DNA of 64,000 bases from Candidatus Peribacteria bacterium (lineage in GTDB: Bacteria; Patescibacteriota; Gracilibacteria; UBA1369; UBA12463), in the NCBI GenBank assembly GCA_943355055.1, contig CALREA010000001.1, positions 26,722 to 90,721 of the forward strand. The letters run 5' to 3'. Positions 45,808 to 54,899 of the stretch are shown here, piece by piece. Every line of letters starts with the position of its first letter. Position 1 is the stretch's first letter. Position numbers and translations under genes: made by a program. The notes beneath the pieces are model-generated. The model saw only the letters and a list, made by a program, of their open reading frames with translations, made no database searches and had not been told where the DNA came from.

Positions 45808-45950
45808 AATTTCAGCTTTGTGTAGTTTGGATTCTTGATGATACGGGATGAAGATGTTCCTCTTGATATGGGTTATACATTTCTACACATGTATAACCTT
45901 GATTAACAATGTACAACTTTGTATAACCGACCATTTCTAAGGTACCTCCC
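45808..45950 (-). repeat. intergenic repeat family, copy B (contains the micro-ORF MVGYTKLYIVNQ..., 45812..45934)
   Basis: A 39-nt block is identical to copy A. A perfect 10-bp hairpin GGTTATACAT-8nt-ATGTATAACC is present. GGGAGGT lies 9 nt upstream of the ATG. The TGA stop lies inside CAAAGCTGA. Confidence 0.5.
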
Positions 45951-45987
45951 AAACACTCAGCAGGAAAATTTTTCACAAGGTGATTAT

Positions 45988-46017
45988 TTGACAAACGCAA
46001 TACTATTGCGTTATGAT
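45988..46017 (+). promoter_or_regulatory. promoter with embedded palindromic operator upstream of the metal ABC transporter
   Basis: TTGACA (45988-45993). The perfect palindrome AACGCAAT-ACT-ATTGCGTT (45994-46012) fills the spacer. TATGAT (46012-46017) serves as the -10. Confidence 0.5.
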
Positions 46018-46055
46018 TGATCCACAAGAATGGAACATTCAACGTAAACTTTTCT

Positions 46056-46757
46056 ATGAATATCCTTACTGCGAAAAATCTTCAGTTTGCTTACGGCTCG
46101 GAAACGATTCTGAAGTCAGTATCGTTTGAGATTAAAAAAGGGGATTACGTAGGCCTGATCGGACAAAATGGATCAGGGAAGTCAACACTTCTCAAACTTC
46201 TTCTCGGACTGCTTCAGCCAACCGGCGGTGAGATCGAACTGTTCAGTGAACCGATTAAAAAATTTCATGATTGGGAAAAAATAGGATACGTTCCACAGCG
46301 ATCGGGTATTTTTGATCAGTCGTTTCCGGCGACGGTAGAGGAGATTGTTCGGATGGGACTTGAGACGAAAATTGATTCAAAAAGTAAAATTCATCACGCC
46401 CTCGAAATGGTAGAAATGGCTCACCTCAAAGATAAGCAACTCCGCGAACTTTCGGGGGGGCAACAGCAGCGCGTGCTCATCGCACGCGCCCTCGTCAACC
46501 AACCCGAACTCATTTTCCTCGACGAACCCGTCGTCGGAGTCGACACGCAATCCCAACATAACTTCTACCAAATTCTTCATCGGCTGAATAAAGACTTAAA
46601 TCTCACCCTTCTCCTCGTCTCCCACGACCTCGATGTAGTGGCCCACGAAGCCGATTATCTCGTCATGATGACGGAGGGAGAAATCTGCAAATGTACCAAG
46701 GAAATGATTGAAAAAGATAAGAAGAAATATATCTCCCTCTCGCATCACCACGAATAA
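46056..46757 (+). CDS. metal (Zn/Mn-type) ABC transporter ATP-binding protein
   Basis: Walker A GQNGSGKST, signature LSGGQQQR, Walker B LIFLDEP. The conserved start is MNILTAKNL (ATG 46056); the ORF track starts at 46017 (TTG). Confidence 0.9.
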   Translation: MNILTAKNLQFAYGSETILKSVSFEIKKGDYVGLIGQNGSGKSTLLKLLLGLLQPTGGEIELFSEPIKKFHDWEKIGYVPQRSGIFDQSFPATVEEIVRMGLETKIDSKSKIHHALEMVEMAHLKDKQLRELSGGQQQRVLIARALVNQPELIFLDEPVVGVDTQSQHNFYQILHRLNKDLNLTLLLVSHDLDVVAHEADYLVMMTEGEICKCTKEMIEKDKKKYISLSHHHE

Positions 46758-46780
46758 AATCTTCACCGCACGCACTAACT

Positions 46781-47584
46781 ATGCTTCTTCCTCAAATTCT
46801 CCAATACGACTTCATGATTCGCGCCCTCATCGCCGGCACGGTAATCGCTATTGCAGCGCCCCTCATTGGAAGCTTCCTCCTGATACGTCGTTATTCTGTC
46901 TTCGCTGATACTCTCGCACACGTGAGTTTCCTCAGTGTCGCCATAGCGATTCTTTTTGGGTTCAATCCCATTCTTACGAGCGTTGTAGGCTCGCTGGTGG
47001 CCTCTTCGGCCCTCGAACATCTTCGCGCGTCCAAGCGTATCCAATCAGAGAATTCTCTCGCTCTTTTTCTTTCAGGAAGTCTCGCCCTCGGCGTTGTCAT
47101 CCTCTCCTTCGCCAAAACCACTACGATCAATATCAGTAGTATCCTCTTCGGAAGCATAACGACCATTACGCAATCCGATCTCGCGATAATTGCCGTCATT
47201 GCTTCTGTTGTTATCGTCACGATGATGTATAACTTCAGAAAGTTCTTTGTTATCGCCTTCGACGAAGACTACGCTCGCGTAAAAGGTATACGCGTAACGC
47301 TTCTCAACTATACCCTCATGCTCGCCTCCGCTCTTATTATTTCCGTATCCATCACGGTGATCGGTATGCTTCTCATCGGCGCGCTTATGGTGATTCCCGT
47401 CATTACCGCCTATCAGTTCAAAAAAGGATTCAAGCACTCGGTAATTATTGCCATCGCTCTCGCTCTTGCCGAAGTTTGGCTTGGCCTCACTGCAGCTTTC
47501 TATCTCGACCTTCCTGCTGGCTCTAGTATAGTCCTGACTGCAATCCTATTCTTCGCATTAGCTACCATTTTCAGGCGAAAGTAA
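46781..47584 (+). CDS. metal ABC transporter permease (ABC-3 / ZnuB-like)
   Basis: 267-aa polytopic membrane protein with ABC-3 family character. It immediately follows the ATPase gene. Confidence 0.9.
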   Translation: MLLPQILQYDFMIRALIAGTVIAIAAPLIGSFLLIRRYSVFADTLAHVSFLSVAIAILFGFNPILTSVVGSLVASSALEHLRASKRIQSENSLALFLSGSLALGVVILSFAKTTTINISSILFGSITTITQSDLAIIAVIASVVIVTMMYNFRKFFVIAFDEDYARVKGIRVTLLNYTLMLASALIISVSITVIGMLLIGALMVIPVITAYQFKKGFKHSVIIAIALALAEVWLGLTAAFYLDLPAGSSIVLTAILFFALATIFRRK

Positions 47585-47612
47585 GCCAAAGCCTGGATTT
47601 TTAGAGTGTTTT

Positions 47613-48212
47613 ATGATACACTTATATATCATGAAAAACCAACCAAACTCAGCTAGAATGACTCTGGACGACTATCTCGAAAATGATGGCGCCGTAGGTT
47701 CGCATATCGCCTCTGTTCGTCACGCCGTGAAGAAAGTCGGGGCGGACCCTTCCAGAATTTACGTTACCGATATTCACGAAAAAGATATCGTCGCCTCCAC
47801 ACGACGAGGCATCATCCACTTGGACAGAAAAACGCTCAAAAGGAGTACGGATGCCGAACTCGAACATCGTTTACGTCATGAACAATCTCATGTAGACGGC
47901 ATTTTCAGCGAAGGCCTGGTCGAACTCGCAATCGCGAGACACAATAAAACAGGAAGAGATTTTTACAAAAGAGATCAGACGAGAGTGAAAAAAATTACAG
48001 ACATCCTGAGTCCGATCGATGGAGTTGAGAAAGCGGCAACAATGTACAAGCAGAAGAAAATTAAACTACTCTATCGAACATTCCTCTTGTCCGCGGCAAA
48101 GAAAAATATAAAACAAAAAGAAGCACATACGATGTTTATCACAGCTTTTCCGGAACTCGAACGACACATCAGGCCAAGAAAGAAAAAAGTGGAGATCAAA
48201 GAAGCCGCTTAG
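47613..48212 (+). CDS. hypothetical protein with an HExxH motif
   Basis: 199 aa; RLRHEQSHVDG contains HEQSH. Nothing else is recognisable. Confidence 0.6.
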   Translation: MIHLYIMKNQPNSARMTLDDYLENDGAVGSHIASVRHAVKKVGADPSRIYVTDIHEKDIVASTRRGIIHLDRKTLKRSTDAELEHRLRHEQSHVDGIFSEGLVELAIARHNKTGRDFYKRDQTRVKKITDILSPIDGVEKAATMYKQKKIKLLYRTFLLSAAKKNIKQKEAHTMFITAFPELERHIRPRKKKVEIKEAA

Positions 48213-48220
48213 ATAAGCCA

Positions 48221-48260
48221 AAAAAAGAGGCCACCTGTTAGACAAGTGATCCTCTTTTTT
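48221..48260. terminator. long imperfect hairpin, probable bidirectional terminator
   Basis: AAAGAGG...CCTCTTT outer stem with inner CACCTGT/ACAAGTG pairing, flanked by an A-run and a T-run. Confidence 0.5.
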
Positions 48261-48277
48261 AAGTGAGAAGAAATGAT

Positions 48278-48352
48278 TTATTTCTTGCTCTTCTTCTTTG
48301 CTGTCTTCTTTACAGCCTTCTTTACAACCTTCTTAGCTTTTTTAGCAGCCAT
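48278..48352 (-). CDS. possible 24-aa Lys-rich micro-protein (weak call; not in the ORF track)
   Basis: Hand translation MAAKKAKKVVKKAVKKTAKKKSKK. It is followed on its strand by the hairpin at 48221-48260. Confidence 0.2.
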   Translation of the reverse strand: MAAKKAKKVVKKAVKKTAKKKSKK

Positions 48353-48475
48353 GGTAAAGTGAGGTTAAAAAATATTACACTTATAATGTAATAAAATATG
48401 TGATAAATGTAAAGAGAAAATATAGATTTGTTCCAATTCGCACATCCAAAAAATATTCACTCACCAGAAAACACC

Positions 48476-48967
48476 ATGACAACATCTCAGACATCACCAA
48501 AAAAATCGAATGAAATTTATATTCACACGGATGGAAGTTGTTTGGGCAATCCTGGAATAGGTGGATGGGGAGCCATTATTCAGTACAATGATAAAGAAAA
48601 AATTCTGAGTGGAGGAGATCCTTCGACGACAAATAACAGAATGGAGATGACGGGAATTATTTCGGCGCTCGAGTGGTGTAGGAAAAGTTTTTTTTCAAAA
48701 ATGGAAAAAAATAAAAAAGAACGACAGCCAATTATCAAAATTCATTCCGATTCGAATTTAATTATTCAGACGCTGCTTCAGCACTGGAAACGCAAAAAAA
48801 ACATCGACCTCTGGGCTGAGATGGATAGTGTAGTGAATGATCTTGAGATGAATGACTGCAAGCTCGAATGGATCTGGGTGAAGGGTCACGCCACGAACAT
48901 CATGAACAATCGCGTCGACAAAATCGCCGTCGAGCAGTCGACCAAAATTAAAAATCACTCACGCTAA
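48476..48967 (+). CDS. rnhA: ribonuclease HI
   Basis: IHTDGSCLGNPGIGGWG, TNNRMEMTG, HSDSNLII and WVKGHATNIMNNRVDKIA match the DEDD catalytic framework. A short insertion (SFFSKMEKNKKERQ) is present. Confidence 0.9.
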   Translation: MTTSQTSPKKSNEIYIHTDGSCLGNPGIGGWGAIIQYNDKEKILSGGDPSTTNNRMEMTGIISALEWCRKSFFSKMEKNKKERQPIIKIHSDSNLIIQTLLQHWKRKKNIDLWAEMDSVVNDLEMNDCKLEWIWVKGHATNIMNNRVDKIAVEQSTKIKNHSR

Positions 48968-48990
48968 GACCATTTTCCCCATCGATAGTA

Positions 48991-49314
48991 TTACTTCAAC
49001 AGTGCATCAAGCTTATCCATGAGCTTATCTTTGCTCTGGACCCCCATGACCTTGTCAATCACAGTTCCGTTTTTAATAAAAAGAATGGTCGGAATACTTT
49101 GAATACTAAACTGTCCGGATACGACAGGATTTTCATCAACATCAAACTTCCCGATTTTTACTCTTCCGCTGTACTCCTCAGCGAGCTCTTCGATAACGGG
49201 CGCCATCATCTTGCACGGACCACACCACTCGGCAAAAAAATCAACAAGAACAGGGATATCGGATTTCATAACCTCCAGCGCGAAATTATCATCGGTAAAT
49301 TTCATTTCAGACAT
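48991..49314 (-). CDS. trxA: thioredoxin
   Basis: 107 aa with the WCGPCK active site. Confidence 0.95.
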   Translation of the reverse strand: MSEMKFTDDNFALEVMKSDIPVLVDFFAEWCGPCKMMAPVIEELAEEYSGRVKIGKFDVDENPVVSGQFSIQSIPTILFIKNGTVIDKVMGVQSKDKLMDKLDALLK

Positions 49315-49357
49315 AAGAGAGAATGGTAAAAAATAGATATAAATACAAGGGGCGTCG

Positions 49358-50623
49358 CTATTCTACCGAAGGAGGGGTATGGAGAGCAACCCTCGACTTT
49401 TCAAGTACCTTATCGAAATTCCGGGAGAACAGTTCGGGTAAAATAGAAGGACATCGTCCGAGGAATGAACTCCTCAAAGCCCGTAAGTAGGAAAGTTTAC
49501 GAATGGCGAGCTTGTAGATGGAGTTTTTCAATTCACGTTTATCTTTGTAAAAAGGATCCGGAACGAAATTTAAAAGTAGGTAGGCTTGATTGATTTCAAA
49601 AACTTTCTGTACGACAAAATCTTCCGCCGCTCCATATTCCATAACAATGCGGAAAAAGTACGTATCCTGAACCTTGCGAATATCTTTTTCGTAGGCGCCT
49701 AGCGTACAAGCGACGAGATTATCAGCAGGAAGGGCAAAAATAACGATGAATTTGTAAATCTCTTTCTTGCCGTCAGCGACACTGAGTCCGATAAAAAAAT
49801 GTTCATCATCGACCTTGGAACGAAGAGGCGCGATGGTATTTGCGAACATTTCGTCTTTAAATAGGCACTCTTCGACTTTTTTCGCCAACCCCTTATCAAT
49901 TTTGGCAATTTCCTTCATGCGCGCGGCCTTTCCTTTTCGCATGAGGTGGGCAAGTTTCACTAATTGTTCCTTGTTGAAGTCGATAAATTGATACTCGAAT
50001 TGATTAATGACGGTTTGGTACATGTGGCTCATCGTGGCATAGAACTGCTCCTGGAAGTCATCATAGTTGCTGCCAAACTGTGATAACATAACCACAATGC
50101 CGTTTTCCATCGTTATACTCACGGAGTACTCGTCATCATCAAATTCTTGCTGCGACATGAAGTGGATGGACAGGGAGAATGCATCATGCTCAGCCGGAAC
50201 AATAACGATACTTTCATCGTAGAGTCGGACCATGGCCCGTCCTTTTCCTAAATCTCGCTCGAGCGCATTAGACTGCTCAAAATACGCATCAAACTCGGCA
50301 ACCAGCTTCCCCTGTTTCAGGAAGAGAGCGTCGATGAGAAAGTCATTTCGAATTTTGAAGAGATCGCGAACGAGTTGATCAAAAGAATTTCCGACACCGG
50401 AAAGCTCAAAATGCTCTTTGAGGAAAGTATGCACCATGATGCGATCGTCGCTGACGACAAACTCTTTGATATCGGAAAAAGAAACAACGCCCCCCTGGTC
50501 GTTTGCCCCTTTGCCACGTAAACGAAACCCCTTCTCATAGAGAACAAGTTCGCCTTCTTTTTCCAAGGTAACACGACCCGCGGGACTCATCCTGCGAAAG
50601 CGTAAATTATACGAAAGAGACAT
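49358..50623 (-). CDS. hypothetical protein (421 aa), cytoplasmic
   Basis: Long clean ORF with no TM helix or signal peptide and no recognisable motif. It lies 43 nt upstream of trxA on the same strand. Confidence 0.8.
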   Translation of the reverse strand: MSLSYNLRFRRMSPAGRVTLEKEGELVLYEKGFRLRGKGANDQGGVVSFSDIKEFVVSDDRIMVHTFLKEHFELSGVGNSFDQLVRDLFKIRNDFLIDALFLKQGKLVAEFDAYFEQSNALERDLGKGRAMVRLYDESIVIVPAEHDAFSLSIHFMSQQEFDDDEYSVSITMENGIVVMLSQFGSNYDDFQEQFYATMSHMYQTVINQFEYQFIDFNKEQLVKLAHLMRKGKAARMKEIAKIDKGLAKKVEECLFKDEMFANTIAPLRSKVDDEHFFIGLSVADGKKEIYKFIVIFALPADNLVACTLGAYEKDIRKVQDTYFFRIVMEYGAAEDFVVQKVFEINQAYLLLNFVPDPFYKDKRELKNSIYKLAIRKLSYLRALRSSFLGRCPSILPELFSRNFDKVLEKSRVALHTPPSVE

Positions 50624-50756
50624 GGACGGAAAATCAATAACAGAATAACAAAATGAAAGACCAACGTAAGGACTCCACTACTATACCAAAATCGGAAAGT
50701 TCAGTAAAGCGTAAGTTGTAGTTTGAAGCTGAATTAAGGGGTAAAGTAGAGAAAGT

Positions 50757-53700
50757 ATGACATGGAGTATATCAAAAAAAGTAAAGGCGCTGGTGCTTAT
50801 CCCATGTATGGTAATGGGGGCGATGTTGCATGGGGCTCCTGTTTTTAGCTCGTCGTTCACGATTTCGCATGAATATCTGAGCAAAATTATCGAGCCGGAA
50901 AATTCATTCACGGCCATCGGTATTACATGGGATGAGTTTATTCCACATGGAGCAAGCATTGATCTTGAGGTTCACTTCAGGCAGATGGGGGTCTGGAGTG
51001 AGTGGTATAGCGTACCTCGTGATGGAGATCACAAGGACGAAGAAGGCGAGGAACATCAGACAACAGGAGGCCAGGCGGCATTTCTTCCTATTAACATGAG
51101 TGAGGCGTATCAGTACAGAATCACGCCTTTTGGGAATGGAGAAATGATACCAACGATGACGAATATAAATATTACGCCTATTCACGCAATAGCAGGGAAT
51201 CAGGGGAATATTCAGGGAAAGACATATTATGCAGCGGAAATTACGCAGGATATGATCTCGCACGATCGTGTCAGAATTATTTCACGGGCGGAGTGGGGTG
51301 CTAACGAGTCGATACGAGTTTACAAAGGAAATGAGATAATTCCACCAACAGTAAGAGTAGATTCGGGCTATATGGATAAATTTTCAGATGAGTTGCAGAT
51401 CGTTAAGAAAATTACCACGAATGAAAAAGGAGAGCTGCTTACATGGCCTGTCGAGTATCCCGAAAGAGTTACGAAAATTATTGTGCATCATACCGCTTCC
51501 ACGGCCAATCTCAACGACCCGAAACAGGCTATTCGTGACATTTACCAATGGCACGCGATCGGAAGAGGATGGGGGGACATCGGTTACAATTATATAATCG
51601 ATACGAGTGGAAATATATATGAAGGGAGATATGGGGGAGAGAAGGTAATAGGGGCGCACGCCGGCAAATCAAATACCGGCGCGATTGGAATCTCAGTCAT
51701 GGGGAACTATGAAACAGGGGACGTATCAGACGCCTCGCTCGTTGCACTCGCTCGGCTCATCTCCGAAAAAACAAAAATTCACAACATCGACTCCACCGGA
51801 AGATCACTCTTTCGCGGAGGGGTGACGAATAACATCCTCGGTCACCGTGATGTCATGTCGACCACGTGTCCGGGGAAAAATCTCTATGACAAGCTCCCAT
51901 TGGTGGCTCAGCTGGCCAAGACGGAACTATCAACCACGGTCGAAGAGCCAACATTCAAAAAGCAAAAAGATGCCGGCTTGGATTTTGAAGACCAAAGTGG
52001 CTTACTCTATGTCTCGCTCGATCCAGAGGTGGAGAAGATTCTCACGATAAAAGTGCAGAACACCGGAACACAAGTTTGGAACACCTCGACGTCGTTAGTG
52101 ATAAATGATTTCGACACGCTCAAAGATTACATCCAGGTGATGCCGCCGGAGGGTCGCGTCACCTTTCCCATGGAATCTCCAAGATCGATTAACCAGGGAG
52201 AAATAGCAACCTTCAGCATCAAACTAGCGGGAGGATTCAAGAGCAGTCTCAAGACTCTCAAATTTGTCCCGATTATCAATGGTAAGACGAAACTTAACAA
52301 ATACATCGGACTCTCAGTGCAATCCACACCGGCTATTTTCTCATATGACATGATCGCCTCCTCGCTTCCGCCGCAAGCCATGAAGACCGGTGAGAAATTT
52401 ACCGCCTGGATCGATCTGAAAAATACGGGAAATATCAATTGGCAGAATAGCGGAAACAAGAACGTAAGATTGGGAACCGACCATCCTCGTGACAAGGCGA
52501 GTGTATTCGCAACACCAAGCAGCGCAAGAATTGGCCTATTGCAGCAGTCAATCGTGAGGCCTGGAGAAATGGGAAGATTCACGGTGAATCTCAAAGCCCC
52601 GGATATCAATGAAATAATCTCTCAGTCGGTGACGCCGGTGGTAGAGGGAGTAACATGGATGGCCGACAGAGGTATAAATTTCAAAACCTTTGTTTATCAA
52701 AAGAATTTTTTCGCGATGCCGATCGGTGTCACGCGTATCGAGGCGCTCGCGGACACGACTCAGGATACTACGATCAAAATGAAAAACACAGGCGGACAAA
52801 CGTGGGACAAGTCTAATCCGGCACTTACCCCAATAATCAAAAAATCCTCTACATCCCGCTCGAAACTTGTCTCCGCGACAATGATGGAAAACAAGGTGCT
52901 GCCGGGAGAAACCGCAACATTCAATCTCAAAATCGCACTTCCAAGAATATTTTCCTCCGACAAGCTCAAGCTGGACGCCTATATGGGAAAGACCAAGATC
53001 ACCGCAAAGCCGATAACGGTAAACATAAAAAAAATGGTGAAACCGCGAATAGTGGTACCTCAAATAGTAGTGCCGCAAATAATTCCGGTACCTACATCGT
53101 CTTCTACCCCTATCTCAACGAGCAGTATCGTTCGAGTTCGCATTGGTTTTGAAGGCGTGCCAGTAATGACATCCTCGGAGCCATTTCAGTTCACCGCCGA
53201 TTCGATAACGCACACATTTTCCGCCAATGAAAAAGTCGCCGTCACCGCTTCCCGGTCAGTGTATTCCGTCACTTCTTCGAATTATTCCCAAACTATGAAT
53301 ACTCCTCCTCGATTTTCAACTATTTCTCCTTCGGGAATTATGCGTATCGACAACTTCGAACGCCGACCCGAGTGGGACACAACCCTGAATGATAACGAAT
53401 TCCGAGGTACGCTCGAGGTTCGTTCGGAGGGCGTCATCAACGAACTCGGTATCGAAGATTATCTAAAGGGTATGGCAGAAACTCCTAATAGCGAGCCGAT
53501 GGAAAAGAAAAAAGCGATTATCGTCGCCGCACGCACCTATGCCATATATTACTCAACGATCGGAAAAGGAAAAAAATTCCCAGGCAAACCTTACGACCTC
53601 GACGACGATCCGGAACACACGCAAAAGTATCGCGGATATGGCGTGGAAAAACGCTCACCAAACTCCGTAAAATCCGTCGATGATACTCGCGGTATCATCA

Positions 53701-53963
53701 TAGAATATCTCGGAAAAGTCGTCCTTGCCCCATACTTTTCATCAAGCAACGGCCGTACGCTCAGCGCGCGCGAGGCCTTCGGCTGGCAGGACGCCGCCTA
53801 TCTTCCGTCTGTAGATGATCCTTATTGCATCGGAATGTCCCGTGCCGGTCATGGCGTCGGTATGTCCGGTTGCGGCGCGCTAGGTATGGCCAAAAACGGC
53901 TCCACCTACGACCAGATTCTTAAGTATTATTACAAGGGCATCACGCTTGAAAGGCTCTATTAA
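50757..53963 (+). CDS. secreted multidomain peptidoglycan hydrolase: N-acetylmuramoyl-L-alanine amidase (Amidase_2/PGRP) + Ig-like repeats + SpoIID/LytB domain
   Basis: Signal peptide. Amidase_2 motifs IIVHHTAS, GWGDIGYNYIID, GAHAGKSNTGAIGISVMGNY and GHRDVMSTTCPG. C-terminal SpoIID-like region (EDYLKGMAETP, ARTYAIYY, YRGYG, PYFSSSNGRT). Confidence 0.9.
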   Translation: MTWSISKKVKALVLIPCMVMGAMLHGAPVFSSSFTISHEYLSKIIEPENSFTAIGITWDEFIPHGASIDLEVHFRQMGVWSEWYSVPRDGDHKDEEGEEHQTTGGQAAFLPINMSEAYQYRITPFGNGEMIPTMTNINITPIHAIAGNQGNIQGKTYYAAEITQDMISHDRVRIISRAEWGANESIRVYKGNEIIPPTVRVDSGYMDKFSDELQIVKKITTNEKGELLTWPVEYPERVTKIIVHHTASTANLNDPKQAIRDIYQWHAIGRGWGDIGYNYIIDTSGNIYEGRYGGEKVIGAHAGKSNTGAIGISVMGNYETGDVSDASLVALARLISEKTKIHNIDSTGRSLFRGGVTNNILGHRDVMSTTCPGKNLYDKLPLVAQLAKTELSTTVEEPTFKKQKDAGLDFEDQSGLLYVSLDPEVEKILTIKVQNTGTQVWNTSTSLVINDFDTLKDYIQVMPPEGRVTFPMESPRSINQGEIATFSIKLAGGFKSSLKTLKFVPIINGKTKLNKYIGLSVQSTPAIFSYDMIASSLPPQAMKTGEKFTAWIDLKNTGNINWQNSGNKNVRLGTDHPRDKASVFATPSSARIGLLQQSIVRPGEMGRFTVNLKAPDINEIISQSVTPVVEGVTWMADRGINFKTFVYQKNFFAMPIGVTRIEALADTTQDTTIKMKNTGGQTWDKSNPALTPIIKKSSTSRSKLVSATMMENKVLPGETATFNLKIALPRIFSSDKLKLDAYMGKTKITAKPITVNIKKMVKPRIVVPQIVVPQIIPVPTSSSTPISTSSIVRVRIGFEGVPVMTSSEPFQFTADSITHTFSANEKVAVTASRSVYSVTSSNYSQTMNTPPRFSTISPSGIMRIDNFERRPEWDTTLNDNEFRGTLEVRSEGVINELGIEDYLKGMAETPNSEPMEKKKAIIVAARTYAIYYSTIGKGKKFPGKPYDLDDDPEHTQKYRGYGVEKRSPNSVKSVDDTRGIIIEYLGKVVLAPYFSSSNGRTLSAREAFGWQDAAYLPSVDDPYCIGMSRAGHGVGMSGCGALGMAKNGSTYDQILKYYYKGITLERLY

Positions 53964-54016
53964 GACTCCATGAAAGAGCTCTTCACAGTCATACATTTTT
54001 TCCCTACAATACACCT

Positions 54017-54898
54017 ATGTACACACTCGCTCTCGACACTACCGGCTACAAGATTCATCTCGTACTCCTCAAAAATAATACCGTCGTTTTCGAACGCGAC
54101 TGGCGTAGTAACATGAACGAGGACGAAACCATCACCAAAACACTTCAGCATCTCAACGAGCTCGAGCCATTTTATATGCAAAAACTCACGAAAATTCTCA
54201 TCAACGAAGGTCCAGGAACACTTACCGGAACACGTGTCGGTGTTTCCATAGCCAACGCACTCTCCTTCGCATGCAAAGCACCAATAGTGAAGCTTTCCAC
54301 GAGTCAGATTTGGAAAAATAGACTTCATGGTGAAGTTGGAAAACTCAAACCACACCTCCTCCTGCGAATTACCGAGCAGGAACTCTATCTCGACGACAAA
54401 ATAATTTCCCTCACCGATCTCGTGAAGCAAGTGAAGAAGCTCAAGAAACAATCATTCACCGCCTATGGCGAACTTACTCCGACGCAGTTCACCGAACTGA
54501 ATAAAAATAGAAATATTACCTGGATAATCGAACCCGATATTTTACCTTTCTCAAGCGCCATGCTACAGATCATCGAAAAAGCCGGAAAGGGGGATATGAA
54601 ATACGCAAAACCAAAATACGCGAAGGAGCCGATAATTACTGAGTCAAAAAAAGAAGTATTAATTCCTCGTCTGCCGATAGCTCACGTCGTGGTTGAAAAG
54701 AAAATTTCAGAAAAGAAAGAGTCAAAACCGGCCAAAAATACTGCCAAAAAAAAGGCGCCAATCAAAAAAGTAAAGCCTACAAAGAAAAAGGCTATCACTA
54801 AGTCAAAGATAACGAAGAAGCCAAAACCTTCAAAAATGACGAAGTTCTTCAAGAAGGTTGCATCCAAATTCAAGGCAAAGAAAAAATCTAAGCGATAA
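54017..54898 (+). CDS. tsaB: tRNA threonylcarbamoyladenosine biosynthesis protein TsaB with a Lys-rich C-terminal tail
   Basis: MYTLALDTTG and INEGPGTLTGTRVGVSIANAL (the GPGSFTG-type motif). The last ~90 aa are about 40% Lys. Confidence 0.85.
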   Translation: MYTLALDTTGYKIHLVLLKNNTVVFERDWRSNMNEDETITKTLQHLNELEPFYMQKLTKILINEGPGTLTGTRVGVSIANALSFACKAPIVKLSTSQIWKNRLHGEVGKLKPHLLLRITEQELYLDDKIISLTDLVKQVKKLKKQSFTAYGELTPTQFTELNKNRNITWIIEPDILPFSSAMLQIIEKAGKGDMKYAKPKYAKEPIITESKKEVLIPRLPIAHVVVEKKISEKKESKPAKNTAKKKAPIKKVKPTKKKAITKSKITKKPKPSKMTKFFKKVASKFKAKKKSKR

Positions 54899-54899
54899 T

